Shown here one piece after another: positions 36,606-45,178 of a stretch of 64,000 nt of DNA. Source of the DNA: Longimicrobiales bacterium (GTDB taxonomy: Bacteria; Gemmatimonadota; Gemmatimonadetes; Longimicrobiales; Gaopeijiaceae); contig JAWLHJ010000001.1 in assembly GCA_041690395.1 (NCBI GenBank), positions 672,001-736,000 of the forward strand, in the 5' to 3' direction. Position numbers and translations under genes: made by a program. Each line of letters starts with the position of its first letter. Position 1 is the first letter of the stretch. The notes beneath the pieces were generated by a model, which ran no database searches, had not been told where the DNA came from, and saw only the letters and a program-made list of their open reading frames with translations.

Positions 36606-37580
36606 ATGGCTTTTCAGCTCGAGTCCGTGAGCGCCCAGGTCGACACGCTGGTCGTCACGGACGGCCTCGTGTACGGCATGACGCCCGAGACGCAGTCCAA
36701 GGTGCTCGCGTCGGCCCTGTTGATCGCCGCGCTGATCGTCGGCCGCCGGATCCTGCTGACGATCGTGGACCGGCGCATCGAGGACGGCGCGCTCGTGTAC
36801 CGGTGGTCCAAGGCGTCGGCGTATGCCGCGTTCGTGATCGGGGTGCTCGTGATCGTGCAGGTCTGGTTCACGGCGATCCGGTCGCTCGGGACCTTCCTCG
36901 GTCTGGTCTCGGCGGGTCTCGCGATCGCGCTCAAAGACCTCATCGCCGACATCGCGGGATGGGTGTTCATCCTCTGGCGGAAGCCGTTCGAGCTCGGCGA
37001 CCGCATCCAGCTGGGCCGGGAGGCCGGTGACGTCGTCGACATCAGGGTGTTCGCGTTCACGATCATGGAGATCGGCAACTGGGTCGCGGCGGACCAGAGC
37101 ACGGGCCGGATGATCCACGTTCCGAACGCGCGCGTCTTCACAGAGCCGTTGGCGAACTACACGGCCGGCTTCCCGTTCCTGTGGAACGAGCTCCCGGTGC
37201 TGGTCACCTTCGAGAGCGACTGGCGCCGGGCCAAGCGGATCCTGGAGGAGGTCGCCGTGGCCGAGACCGAGGGTGTGAGCCAGGAAGCGGAGCGGACGCT
37301 GAAGCGGACGTCGAAGCGCTTCCTGATCCATTACAGTCGCTTCACGCCGGCGGTCTACACGTCCGTGTTGGACAGCGGCGTTCTGCTGACCATACGTCAC
37401 CTCTGTCACCCGAGGCAGCGGCGCGGCACGTCCCAGGCCATGTGGGAGCGCATCCTGGACGCGTTCCACGACGAGGACGGCATCGACTTCGCCTACCCGA
37501 CCCAACGGGTGTATATCAACCCGCTCGAGGGGAAGCCCGGGGCGCGGGCGCTCTGGCGACCCCCGACCGATGCGGGCTGA
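36606..37580 (+). CDS. MscS family mechanosensitive channel
   Basis: GLVSAGLAIALKDLIAD, KPFELGDRI, GDVVDI, IHVPN, GIDFAYPT. Confidence 0.92.
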   Translation: MAFQLESVSAQVDTLVVTDGLVYGMTPETQSKVLASALLIAALIVGRRILLTIVDRRIEDGALVYRWSKASAYAAFVIGVLVIVQVWFTAIRSLGTFLGLVSAGLAIALKDLIADIAGWVFILWRKPFELGDRIQLGREAGDVVDIRVFAFTIMEIGNWVAADQSTGRMIHVPNARVFTEPLANYTAGFPFLWNELPVLVTFESDWRRAKRILEEVAVAETEGVSQEAERTLKRTSKRFLIHYSRFTPAVYTSVLDSGVLLTIRHLCHPRQRRGTSQAMWERILDAFHDEDGIDFAYPTQRVYINPLEGKPGARALWRPPTDAG

Positions 37581-37638
37581 GCCGTCGCACGCACGTCGCA
37601 TCGACCCACAGCAACCCTACCACAGCACGGAGCACCCG

Positions 37639-39051
37639 ATGTCCCCAAGATGCTCACGCACGCTCTCGTTCCTGACCGTCTCGCTCGTCGTCGTGACAGG
37701 GTGCTCGGGCGTGACCAACGATCCCATGCCCCGGCCGATCGAGGCGGAGGACGGTGTGATCGTGGTCGGCTACGAGGAGTTCGCTTCGCTCCCCGAGGCC
37801 TCCGGCTCGACGGCCCGGCCGATGCTGCTCGTCGATGAGCCCGGCACCGGGCGGATGTTCGTGAACGACATGTGGGGACCGCTCCACGTCGTGGGCTACG
37901 ACGGCACGGTGACCGAGTACCTGAATGTGGACGCCGACCGGTGGGGTATGCCCGTCGACGCGTCCGGGCGTGAGCGAGGTTTCCAGAGCTTCGCCCTGCA
38001 CCCGGACTTCGGCCGCGAGGGCGCTCCGGGCTTCGGCAAGCTCTACACCTGGTTCGACACCGAGGATGTTTCGCCGGCCGCGGACTTCCGGCCCGGTGGG
38101 GAGGACGGGCCGCACCACACGGTGCTTCTCGAGTGGACCGCGGAAGACCCCACCGCTTCGAGGTACGACGGTGGGCCGCCCCGGGAGCTCCTCCGGATCG
38201 AGCAGCCGTTCGGGAACCACAACGCCGGTCACCTGGCGTTCAATCCGCTCGCGTCCCCGGGCGATGCCGACTTCGGCATGCTTTACGTCGGTGTGGCGGA
38301 CGGGGGGAGCGGCGGTGATCCCCTCGCGCTGGCGCAGAATCCGGCCAGCCCGTTCGGGAAGATCCTCCGTATCGACCCGCTCGGCTCGGACGGGTCGACG
38401 GGCGCGTACGGCATCCCCTCCGACAATCCGTTCGCGGGATCGGACGACGGAACGCTCCCCGAGATCTACGCTTCCGGCCTCCGCAATCCCCAGCGATTCG
38501 GCTGGGACGCGGCGAACGGGAATCTCTTCGTCGCCGATATCGGACAGAACGCCGTCGAGGAGCTGAGCCCCGTTCCGGCCGGAGGGGACCTCGGTTGGAA
38601 CCGCTGGGAGGGAAGTTACCGGTTCGTGAGCCGGTCGGGCGTCGACCCGCGGGACCCACGTTCCGAGGAAGGCGTCATCTTCCCGGTCGCCGAGTTCGAT
38701 CAGGACGACCCGTTGTTCGGGTCCCGCGTGGCCGTCACCGGCGTGGTCGTTCCCCGCACGGACCGCATCCCGCAGCTCCGTGGACGGCTTCTCTTCGGAG
38801 ACATGGTGAGTGGAGAGATCTTCCACGTATCCGCTGACGATCTGCCCGACGGCGGCCAGGACGAGATCCGGCGCGTGCTGTTGAGGGAGGATGGTGAGCC
38901 CGCGACTTTCCTCGAGGTCATGCGGGCCCGGGCCGCACGGATGGACCGGGAGTCGCCCGAGCGCACCGACCTGCGCTTCGGGGAGGGTCCGGAAGGGCGC
39001 CTGTTCCTCCTGAACAAGCACGACGGAGTCATTCGCGAGCTGGTTCCGTAA
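37639..39051 (+). CDS. PQQ-dependent sugar dehydrogenase (glucose/sorbosone type) lipoprotein
   Basis: QPFGNHNAG, DGGSGGDP, GKILRIDP, YGIPSDNPF, EIYASGLRNPQR, ADIGQN; lipobox VVTGC. Confidence 0.9.
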   Translation: MSPRCSRTLSFLTVSLVVVTGCSGVTNDPMPRPIEAEDGVIVVGYEEFASLPEASGSTARPMLLVDEPGTGRMFVNDMWGPLHVVGYDGTVTEYLNVDADRWGMPVDASGRERGFQSFALHPDFGREGAPGFGKLYTWFDTEDVSPAADFRPGGEDGPHHTVLLEWTAEDPTASRYDGGPPRELLRIEQPFGNHNAGHLAFNPLASPGDADFGMLYVGVADGGSGGDPLALAQNPASPFGKILRIDPLGSDGSTGAYGIPSDNPFAGSDDGTLPEIYASGLRNPQRFGWDAANGNLFVADIGQNAVEELSPVPAGGDLGWNRWEGSYRFVSRSGVDPRDPRSEEGVIFPVAEFDQDDPLFGSRVAVTGVVVPRTDRIPQLRGRLLFGDMVSGEIFHVSADDLPDGGQDEIRRVLLREDGEPATFLEVMRARAARMDRESPERTDLRFGEGPEGRLFLLNKHDGVIRELVP

Positions 39052-39089
39052 ACGGGGCGGGCCCCGGACCCTGCGGTCCGCACGCGGGC

Positions 39090-40559
39090 TCACCACGGAG
39101 CCAGCAGCACCAGGATCTCGGGCTCCGGGTTGTTCGCTGCGAGCACGATGCGGTCCTCCCAGACCGCGACGTATCCGGTGCGAGGCAGGCGAACGGTGTC
39201 GATATACGACCGGGTGGCGAGATCGTATCGCTCCAGGAGGCGGCCGGCGTCCGGACCTTCCCCGGCGAACACGAGGTACAGCACGCCATCGTCGGTGTCG
39301 ACGGAGATAGCGGATTCTCTGCGTTCCGTCAGGCCGGTGGTCGTGGTGGTCGTGTTCCCGTCCACGCTCACGGTCCGCTGGATACCGGGGAAGCGAACGA
39401 GCTCCGGATATCGGATCCTGGGCCCGTCCGGCCGAACACCGCGCATGGGGAAGAATCCGTCGCCCATGGAGAACGCGTAGAGCCATCCGCCGAGCGTGTC
39501 GGTCCGCGCGACGTACCCTTGCAGCGCCATCGAGAACGCCCCGTCCGCGTCGTCGACCGTGATGGCGGCTCCGCCCGTCGCCGTTCCGGTGACGTCGACG
39601 GCCCACGGAACCAACTCCTGCTCGCTGACCACGAAGTAGAAGACCGACCCGTCGTGGTTGACGCCGAAGCTGGGCGAGGCCGCGGGAAGACCACCGAGAG
39701 GTACCTCCTCGACGAGGACGCCGTCCCGGTCGAAGCCGGACACCCGGACAGTCTCGACGTCGAGGGCCCAGAGCGTCCCCAGGTCGTCGACGTCGAGGTC
39801 CCGCACGTTCCCGAACTCACCCGGGCCGCCACCTCGGCGGCCTATGTAGCCCCGGAGCGACCCGTCCCAGGCGAACCGAGCCACGCGCGCCCCGTACGGA
39901 TCGACGACGAAGAAGCCGTCCTTCCCGGCGGCTGGAGACCACACGCTGTAGAGCAGTGTGTCCGCAAGGCCCGAGCGGACGTGCGCGAGTGTGTCCCACG
40001 GCACGTCGAGGACGACCCTCTCCGGACGGGGCAGGTCGTCCTCGGACGGGCGGTCCGTCGGGACGTCGCATCCGAGGAGGCTGGAGCAGGCCAGGAGCGC
40101 CAGACAGCCGACCGCGCCGGCTCGACTTTCCGGCCCACGGGCGTCGTGCGGACGGGCGCCGGACCTGGTCCGATACCAGAGCATCGCGGCCAGGAACGCC
40201 AGCAGAACGAGGGGGAGCTGTAGCGTCTCTCGACGCTCGTCGTGGATCGTCAGCCCCCGTCCGTCGAGGGCGACCGAGCGTTCGACGACGGCGAACGGAG
40301 TCCGCAGGAACGACCGGAACTCGTCCGCCGGTTGGCCGGCCTCGGCATCGCGAGGGGCGGAGATCGTGGTCGTGGTGCCGAGCGGCAGACCCCACATGCC
40401 GATCAGGAGCGCCGCCAGGGCGCCCAGCCCCCAGAGTCCCCGACGTGCTCGCCGGCCCATGGAGCGAGGGAGGGGCGGCGGGCGTCGTACGAGCTCGAAG
40501 GCGATACCGATCCAGGTCGCGACCGCGAGCAGGTTCAACATCAAGGCGAGTCGACCCAT
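39090..40559 (-). CDS. multi-TM N-terminal domain fused to a 6-bladed (NHL-like) beta-propeller
   Basis: Three hydrophobic helices, a lipobox-like LLGC segment, then IGRRGGGPGEFGNVRDLDVDDLGTLWALD...VSGFDRDG. Confidence 0.75.
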   Translation of the reverse strand: MGRLALMLNLLAVATWIGIAFELVRRPPPLPRSMGRRARRGLWGLGALAALLIGMWGLPLGTTTTISAPRDAEAGQPADEFRSFLRTPFAVVERSVALDGRGLTIHDERRETLQLPLVLLAFLAAMLWYRTRSGARPHDARGPESRAGAVGCLALLACSSLLGCDVPTDRPSEDDLPRPERVVLDVPWDTLAHVRSGLADTLLYSVWSPAAGKDGFFVVDPYGARVARFAWDGSLRGYIGRRGGGPGEFGNVRDLDVDDLGTLWALDVETVRVSGFDRDGVLVEEVPLGGLPAASPSFGVNHDGSVFYFVVSEQELVPWAVDVTGTATGGAAITVDDADGAFSMALQGYVARTDTLGGWLYAFSMGDGFFPMRGVRPDGPRIRYPELVRFPGIQRTVSVDGNTTTTTTGLTERRESAISVDTDDGVLYLVFAGEGPDAGRLLERYDLATRSYIDTVRLPRTGYVAVWEDRIVLAANNPEPEILVLLAPW

Positions 40560-40562
40560 GGT

Positions 40563-41096
40563 TCATCTCCTGGCTGGTATGTCGAGCCGATTCGTGGGGG
40601 TCGTTGCGGCTATACTGGGAAACAACTCGGCCGCGCGCATCATGCGGGGGCCCAGCCCCCGCGGTTCGAAGGTGTCCGCGAGCAGCACGGCGCCGGTCCC
40701 GTCGAGCAGGATGAGCGCCGGCGTTCCCGGAATCCCGGCCCTGAGCACGGCGCGCGCCGCGACGCGGGTGTCGGCCTTTCCGAGGCGTGGAAGCGTCGCC
40801 AGAGGGTCGGGAAGGGCGCCGGGACCGTCACGGAGGACGCCGACCGAGACCGGGAGCTCCGGGTTTTCGCCGCTCGCTACCCGTTGGGCCAGCCACCGCG
40901 CCATGGCGGCCGTCCGGTCCGGACAGTCACCCGGCTGCACGAGGAGAACGGCCGACGGACGGTCGATTCCGCCGACGATGTCGGGAGCCGCCGCGGCCGC
41001 TTCATGCCAACGAAGCGCGGAGAGCATGAGTAGCATGCACGCCGATGCCAGCATCGTGTTCTTGAGGGGGGAGTCGAGCATCAGGATGTCCTCCAT
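40563..41096 (-). CDS. exported thioredoxin-fold-like protein with a single active-site Cys
   Basis: Hydrophobic leader; VLLVQPGDCPD at the CxxC position; GIPGTPALILLDGTGAV cis-Pro/beta-hairpin pattern. Start uncertain. Confidence 0.6.
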   Translation of the reverse strand: MEDILMLDSPLKNTMLASACMLLMLSALRWHEAAAAAPDIVGGIDRPSAVLLVQPGDCPDRTAAMARWLAQRVASGENPELPVSVGVLRDGPGALPDPLATLPRLGKADTRVAARAVLRAGIPGTPALILLDGTGAVLLADTFEPRGLGPRMMRAAELFPSIAATTPTNRLDIPARR

Positions 41097-41168
41097 GCGA
41101 GGAGTGTTCGGACGGGCCGCGAGACAGGCACGATCGGCTGGGTGGGCCGGAGGCGTGGTTGGGAAGAA

Positions 41169-41200
41169 GAGGGGCCCGGGGGACGTCCCCCGGGCCCCTC
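41169..41200 (-). terminator. strong hairpin directly after the small peptide gene (terminator or mRNA stabiliser)
   Basis: Perfect 32-bp palindrome GAGGGGCCCGGGGGAC-GTCCCCCGGGCCCCTC followed by TTCTT on the minus strand. Confidence 0.7.
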
Positions 41201-41206
41201 GTCACG

Positions 41207-41401
41207 TCAGAACACGTTCCAGTACTGGGTCCGCGTCGAGCACATCTTGAAAAAGATGACGCTGAAGCAGGACTCGTTCTTGAAGCATTCCTGTCCGCCG
41301 TAGCCACCGCACTCCGTGGCGGCGACATCGGTGGCGGGAACCGCCATGAAGCTGAGGGCTCCGACCAACAGGAGTCCGGGAACCGAGAGTAGCTTGATCA
41401 T
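41207..41401 (-). CDS. small secreted four-cysteine peptide (64 aa precursor)
   Basis: GGAGGT SD, ATG at 41401; signal peptide MIKLLSVPGLLLVGALSFMAVPATDVAA, then TECGGYGGQECFKNESCFSVIFFKMCSTRTQYWNVF. Confidence 0.8.
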   Translation of the reverse strand: MIKLLSVPGLLLVGALSFMAVPATDVAATECGGYGGQECFKNESCFSVIFFKMCSTRTQYWNVF

Positions 41402-41526
41402 GATGACCTCCGAGGTTGGGGGGTGTGGCGATGAAGACCTCCGGCCCACCGACCGGTCGAGAAGCTTCACCCGGTCCCCAGCGCGGTCCCATGTCTCGAT
41501 GGGACTGCTTCGTCACGAACCCCGCT

Positions 41527-42753
41527 TCAGTCCGCGCTACCCATCCGCAGGGCCAGCAGCACGCCCGCCACGGTGGTCACGATCCCGAGCGTCAGGATGT
41601 GATCGATGCCGACGCCCGCGTCGAGGGCGAAGCCGATGAGCACGGGGCTGCCTGCGGCTCCGACGACCCCGAACGACGCGATCATCGCCTTGATGGCGCC
41701 CAGATGCCGGACACCGTACAGCTCCGCCCACAGCGACGAGCGCACGGGCTCCGCCAGCCCGATGGTCATGCCGAGCCCCGCCATCATTCCGTATGCCGCC
41801 CAGGCGGCGTCGGTCAGTACCGGGAGGAGGAGCGCGAAGGCCATCGGGAGGATGACGAACGGGTACGCCGCGCGGGCGGTCAGACGGTCGATGAGGCGGC
41901 CCGCGACCAGCGCGAACGCCACCCGGCTGAGGGCGAAGCCCACGAAGGCGGAGGCAATGAGTGTCACCGACCACCCCTTGATGCCGGCGATGCGCGTCTG
42001 GTACAGGAGGATTCCGGTCATCCAGAAGGCCGGCAGCAGCGCCGCGGGCAGCGCGAGGCGAAAGCGGCGATCCCGGAGGACCGCGGCGCGGGTCCAGTCG
42101 CCGGAGGAGGGGTCGAGGCCGGTCATCGGCTCGCGCGGGGATGCTCCGAGCCGTCGCGGGTCCACCTCGATGCCGGACCGCTTCAGTGAGGCCATGAACG
42201 ATGGGAGGAAGACCACCACCGCGACCGCCGCGAACAGCAGCCAGGTCCGCCGCCATCCGAACGCCGGGATGGCCAGGGCGGTGAGGACCGGCAGCACGGC
42301 CTCGCCCGCCGGGAATCCCAGGCTGGCGATGGACAGCGCCCGTCCGCGTCTCGCTCCGCCGTAACGGGCCATGACCGTGTAGGCGGTGTGTCCCGACAGC
42401 CCCTGCCCGGCGAGGCGAAGTCCGACGAGGGCGACGCCGAGCAGCGCCACGTGCGTCGCGGCGGCGAGCGTGAGCGCCGACGTGACCATGAGGAGCACCA
42501 CGGCCAGGCTGAAGCGGGTCAGCCGCATGTGGTCGAGTCGCTGCCCCGCCCAGGGGAGGATCATCGCGCTGACCAACGTCGCCCCCGAGTAGAGCGCTCC
42601 GAACGTGCCATCCGTGAGGGAGAAGGTCGCCACGAACGACGGAAGGAACAGGGAGATGAGAAAGGTCTGCCCGAAGCTCGAAAACAGGGCGAACGAGACG
42701 CCGAAGGTGAGAAGCGGGGGCTCCCCCCGGAACCCGTCGAGAACGCGGGGCAT
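41527..42753 (-). CDS. MFS transporter
   Basis: FSSFGQTFLISLF, GQRLDH, RLAGQG, RGRALSIA, WAELYGVRHLGAI; about 12 TM helices. Confidence 0.9.
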   Translation of the reverse strand: MPRVLDGFRGEPPLLTFGVSFALFSSFGQTFLISLFLPSFVATFSLTDGTFGALYSGATLVSAMILPWAGQRLDHMRLTRFSLAVVLLMVTSALTLAAATHVALLGVALVGLRLAGQGLSGHTAYTVMARYGGARRGRALSIASLGFPAGEAVLPVLTALAIPAFGWRRTWLLFAAVAVVVFLPSFMASLKRSGIEVDPRRLGASPREPMTGLDPSSGDWTRAAVLRDRRFRLALPAALLPAFWMTGILLYQTRIAGIKGWSVTLIASAFVGFALSRVAFALVAGRLIDRLTARAAYPFVILPMAFALLLPVLTDAAWAAYGMMAGLGMTIGLAEPVRSSLWAELYGVRHLGAIKAMIASFGVVGAAGSPVLIGFALDAGVGIDHILTLGIVTTVAGVLLALRMGSAD

Positions 42754-42934
42754 GGTGATGCGCTGGGTGCGTGGGGACGGGGCGGGGATGGCGGGAGCGT
42801 GCGCGCACCCCCAACATCGAAGGCCGCGCGTCTCGGTTGAAGGGGCTCGGCCTCGGAACCCGTGGGCGGGCGGCCGGTAGTGGTCCATCCTTCAGCCCGC
42901 CAGCCGAGTCCCCTGCGACAGGATTCCGAGCCCG

Positions 42935-43513
42935 ATGACGCGAGACCCCGAGGTCCGATACGAGTCCGGCGGCGTGGCGCTCGAGCTCCAGGTCGGGGAC
43001 ATCGCCACGCAGCGTGGCTTCGACGCCGTGGTGAACGCGGCCAACGCCGAGCTGCGGACCGGAGGAGGGGTGGCCGGCGCGCTCCACCGCGCGGCCGGAC
43101 CCGGGCTCGCCGAGGAAGGCCGTCCGCTCGCCCCGATTCGTCCGGGCCAGGCCGTCATCACGTCGGGGCACGACCTACCGAATCCCTGGGTGATCCACTG
43201 TCTCGGACCCGTGTACGGACGCGATCGGCCCGAGGACGAGCTGCTCGCGTCGTGCTATCGTGGCGCGCTCGAGATCGCGGAGGACCGCGGCCTCGCGTCG
43301 GTCTCCTTTCCGGCCATCTCGACCGGGGCCTTCGGATATCCCCTGGAGGAGGCCGCCCGGGTCGCGCTCCGTACCGTCCTCGAGGAGATACCGGGGCTCG
43401 ACTCCGTCCGCAACATCCGGTTCGTGCTGTACGACGACGGGTCGCTCCGGGTCCACGAACGGATCCTCGCCGACCTTACGGGTGACGACGCTCGAAAGGA
43501 GACTCAGCCGTGA
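42935..43513 (+). CDS. macro domain protein (O-acetyl-ADP-ribose deacetylase-like)
   Basis: GDI, DAVVNAAN..L..GGGVAGALHRAAG, VIHCLGP, FPAISTGAFGYP. Confidence 0.93.
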   Translation: MTRDPEVRYESGGVALELQVGDIATQRGFDAVVNAANAELRTGGGVAGALHRAAGPGLAEEGRPLAPIRPGQAVITSGHDLPNPWVIHCLGPVYGRDRPEDELLASCYRGALEIAEDRGLASVSFPAISTGAFGYPLEEAARVALRTVLEEIPGLDSVRNIRFVLYDDGSLRVHERILADLTGDDARKETQP

Positions 43514-44163
43514 CCGATACCCCGACCGTGCCACCCGAGGCGTCCGCGCTTCTGCTCGTGGACATCCAACCGGACTTCTGTCCCGGGGGCGCACTCGCCG
43601 TGGAGGGAGGCGACGAGATCCTCGGCCCGGTCAACGCGCTCGTGGCGCGGGGGCTCTTCGGGCTGTACGTGGCCACTCAGGACTGGCATCCGGAGGGACA
43701 CGTCTCGTTCGCCAGCCAGCACGAGGGCCGGGCGCCCTTGGACGCGATCGAGCTCCACGGGCACGAGCAGGTGCTCTGGCCCGACCACTGCGTGCGAGGC
43801 ACGCCGGGCGCGGCGCTGCACCCGGACATCGACTGGGACCCCGTCTCGGCGATCATACGAAAAGGGAGCGACCCGCAGGTCGATTCGTACTCCGGCTTCC
43901 GCAACAACTGGGGCCCCGACGGTGAGCGACCGCCGACCGGTTTGGCGGGATACCTGCGGGAGCGCGGAGTCGAAGAGGTCTTCGTCTGCGGCCTCGCCCG
44001 GGACGTCTGCGTGAAGTGGACCGCAGAAGATGCGGTCGCGGCCGGCTTCCGGACGACCTTCCTGTGGGACCTGACCCGGTCGGTCCGGCCCGAGGCCGAC
44101 GAAGGCGTCCGGAAGGAGCTCGAGAGCATCGGTGTGGTCGTTCTGGAGTCCGGCGACCTTTGA
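43510..44163 (+). CDS. pncA: nicotinamidase/pyrazinamidase
   Basis: VDIQPDFCPGGALAV, TQDWHPEGHVSF, WPDHCV, RKG...DSYSGF, GLARDVCV. Confidence 0.95.
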   Translation: MTDTPTVPPEASALLLVDIQPDFCPGGALAVEGGDEILGPVNALVARGLFGLYVATQDWHPEGHVSFASQHEGRAPLDAIELHGHEQVLWPDHCVRGTPGAALHPDIDWDPVSAIIRKGSDPQVDSYSGFRNNWGPDGERPPTGLAGYLRERGVEEVFVCGLARDVCVKWTAEDAVAAGFRTTFLWDLTRSVRPEADEGVRKELESIGVVVLESGDL

Positions 44164-45152
44164 GCGGCCTGCGATTGATCGAGGCCGTCATCCCGATCGC
44201 GTCGCTGGACGGCCTCGTCGAGGAGGTCGCCGCCAAGGGGGTCATCGACGTCTGGTCGTACGAAGCGGGTGACGGGCGCGGACTCCTGCGGATCCTGATG
44301 GAGGCGGACGGGACGGAGAGCCTCACGGACGAGCTCGCCGACCGCTTCTCGAGCGCAGAGGGATACCGTCTGATGCTGCTGCCGGTCGAGGCTACGTTCC
44401 CCGCGGTGGAGAACGACGAGCCCGCGGCGGAGGAGCAGCCGTGGAAGCGCAAGGGGCCCCTGCGGATCAGCCGGGAGGAGCTCCACCAGGACCTGAGCGT
44501 GTCCACGCGCATCTCGACGGTGTACCTGACGACGGTCGCGCTCTCGACGCTGGTCGCGGCCGTCGGGCTCATGAGCTCGAGTGTGGCGGTGGTGATCGGC
44601 GCCATGGTGATCGCGCCGCTGCTCGGGCCGAACGTGGCCCTCTCGCTCGCGTCCACGCTCGGCGACCTGGACCTGGCCTGGGCCGCGCTCAAGGCGAACC
44701 TCGCGGGGGTCGGCGTGGCGTTCGCGCTCTCCGTCATGGTCGGTGTGTTGCTGCCGGTGGACCCGACGGTACCGGAGATCGCCGGTCGCACCGCCGTCGG
44801 CCTGGGCGACATCGTTCTGGCGCTCGCGGCGGGGGCCGCCGGCACGCTCGCGTTCACGCAGGGACTTTCGGCGGCGGTGATCGGGGTCATGGTGGCGGTG
44901 GCGCTCCTCCCCCCGCTGGTCGCCACGGGGCTCCTCTTCGGGGCCGGCGAGATGACCCTCGCCTACGGCGCGTTCCTGCTCGTCGCCGTCAACATCACCT
45001 GCGTGAACCTGGCGGGAGTCGTCACGTTCCTGATGCAGAAGGTGCAGCCGCGCACCTGGTGGGAAACGGAGCGGGCGACCAGGGCCTCGAAGATCGCGGT
45101 GGCGTCGTGGATCGGGATGCTGTTACTCCTGATCCTGCTCATCCGGTTGTAG
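44160..45152 (+). CDS. TIGR00341/DUF389 family membrane protein
   Basis: RISREEL, AVVIGAMVIAPLLGP, LALAAGAAG, GVMVAVALLPP; TTG overlaps the pncA stop. Confidence 0.88.
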   Translation: MSGLRLIEAVIPIASLDGLVEEVAAKGVIDVWSYEAGDGRGLLRILMEADGTESLTDELADRFSSAEGYRLMLLPVEATFPAVENDEPAAEEQPWKRKGPLRISREELHQDLSVSTRISTVYLTTVALSTLVAAVGLMSSSVAVVIGAMVIAPLLGPNVALSLASTLGDLDLAWAALKANLAGVGVAFALSVMVGVLLPVDPTVPEIAGRTAVGLGDIVLALAAGAAGTLAFTQGLSAAVIGVMVAVALLPPLVATGLLFGAGEMTLAYGAFLLVAVNITCVNLAGVVTFLMQKVQPRTWWETERATRASKIAVASWIGMLLLLILLIRL

Positions 45153-45178
45153 GCACACGGTTCCCCAGGAGACGGTCC

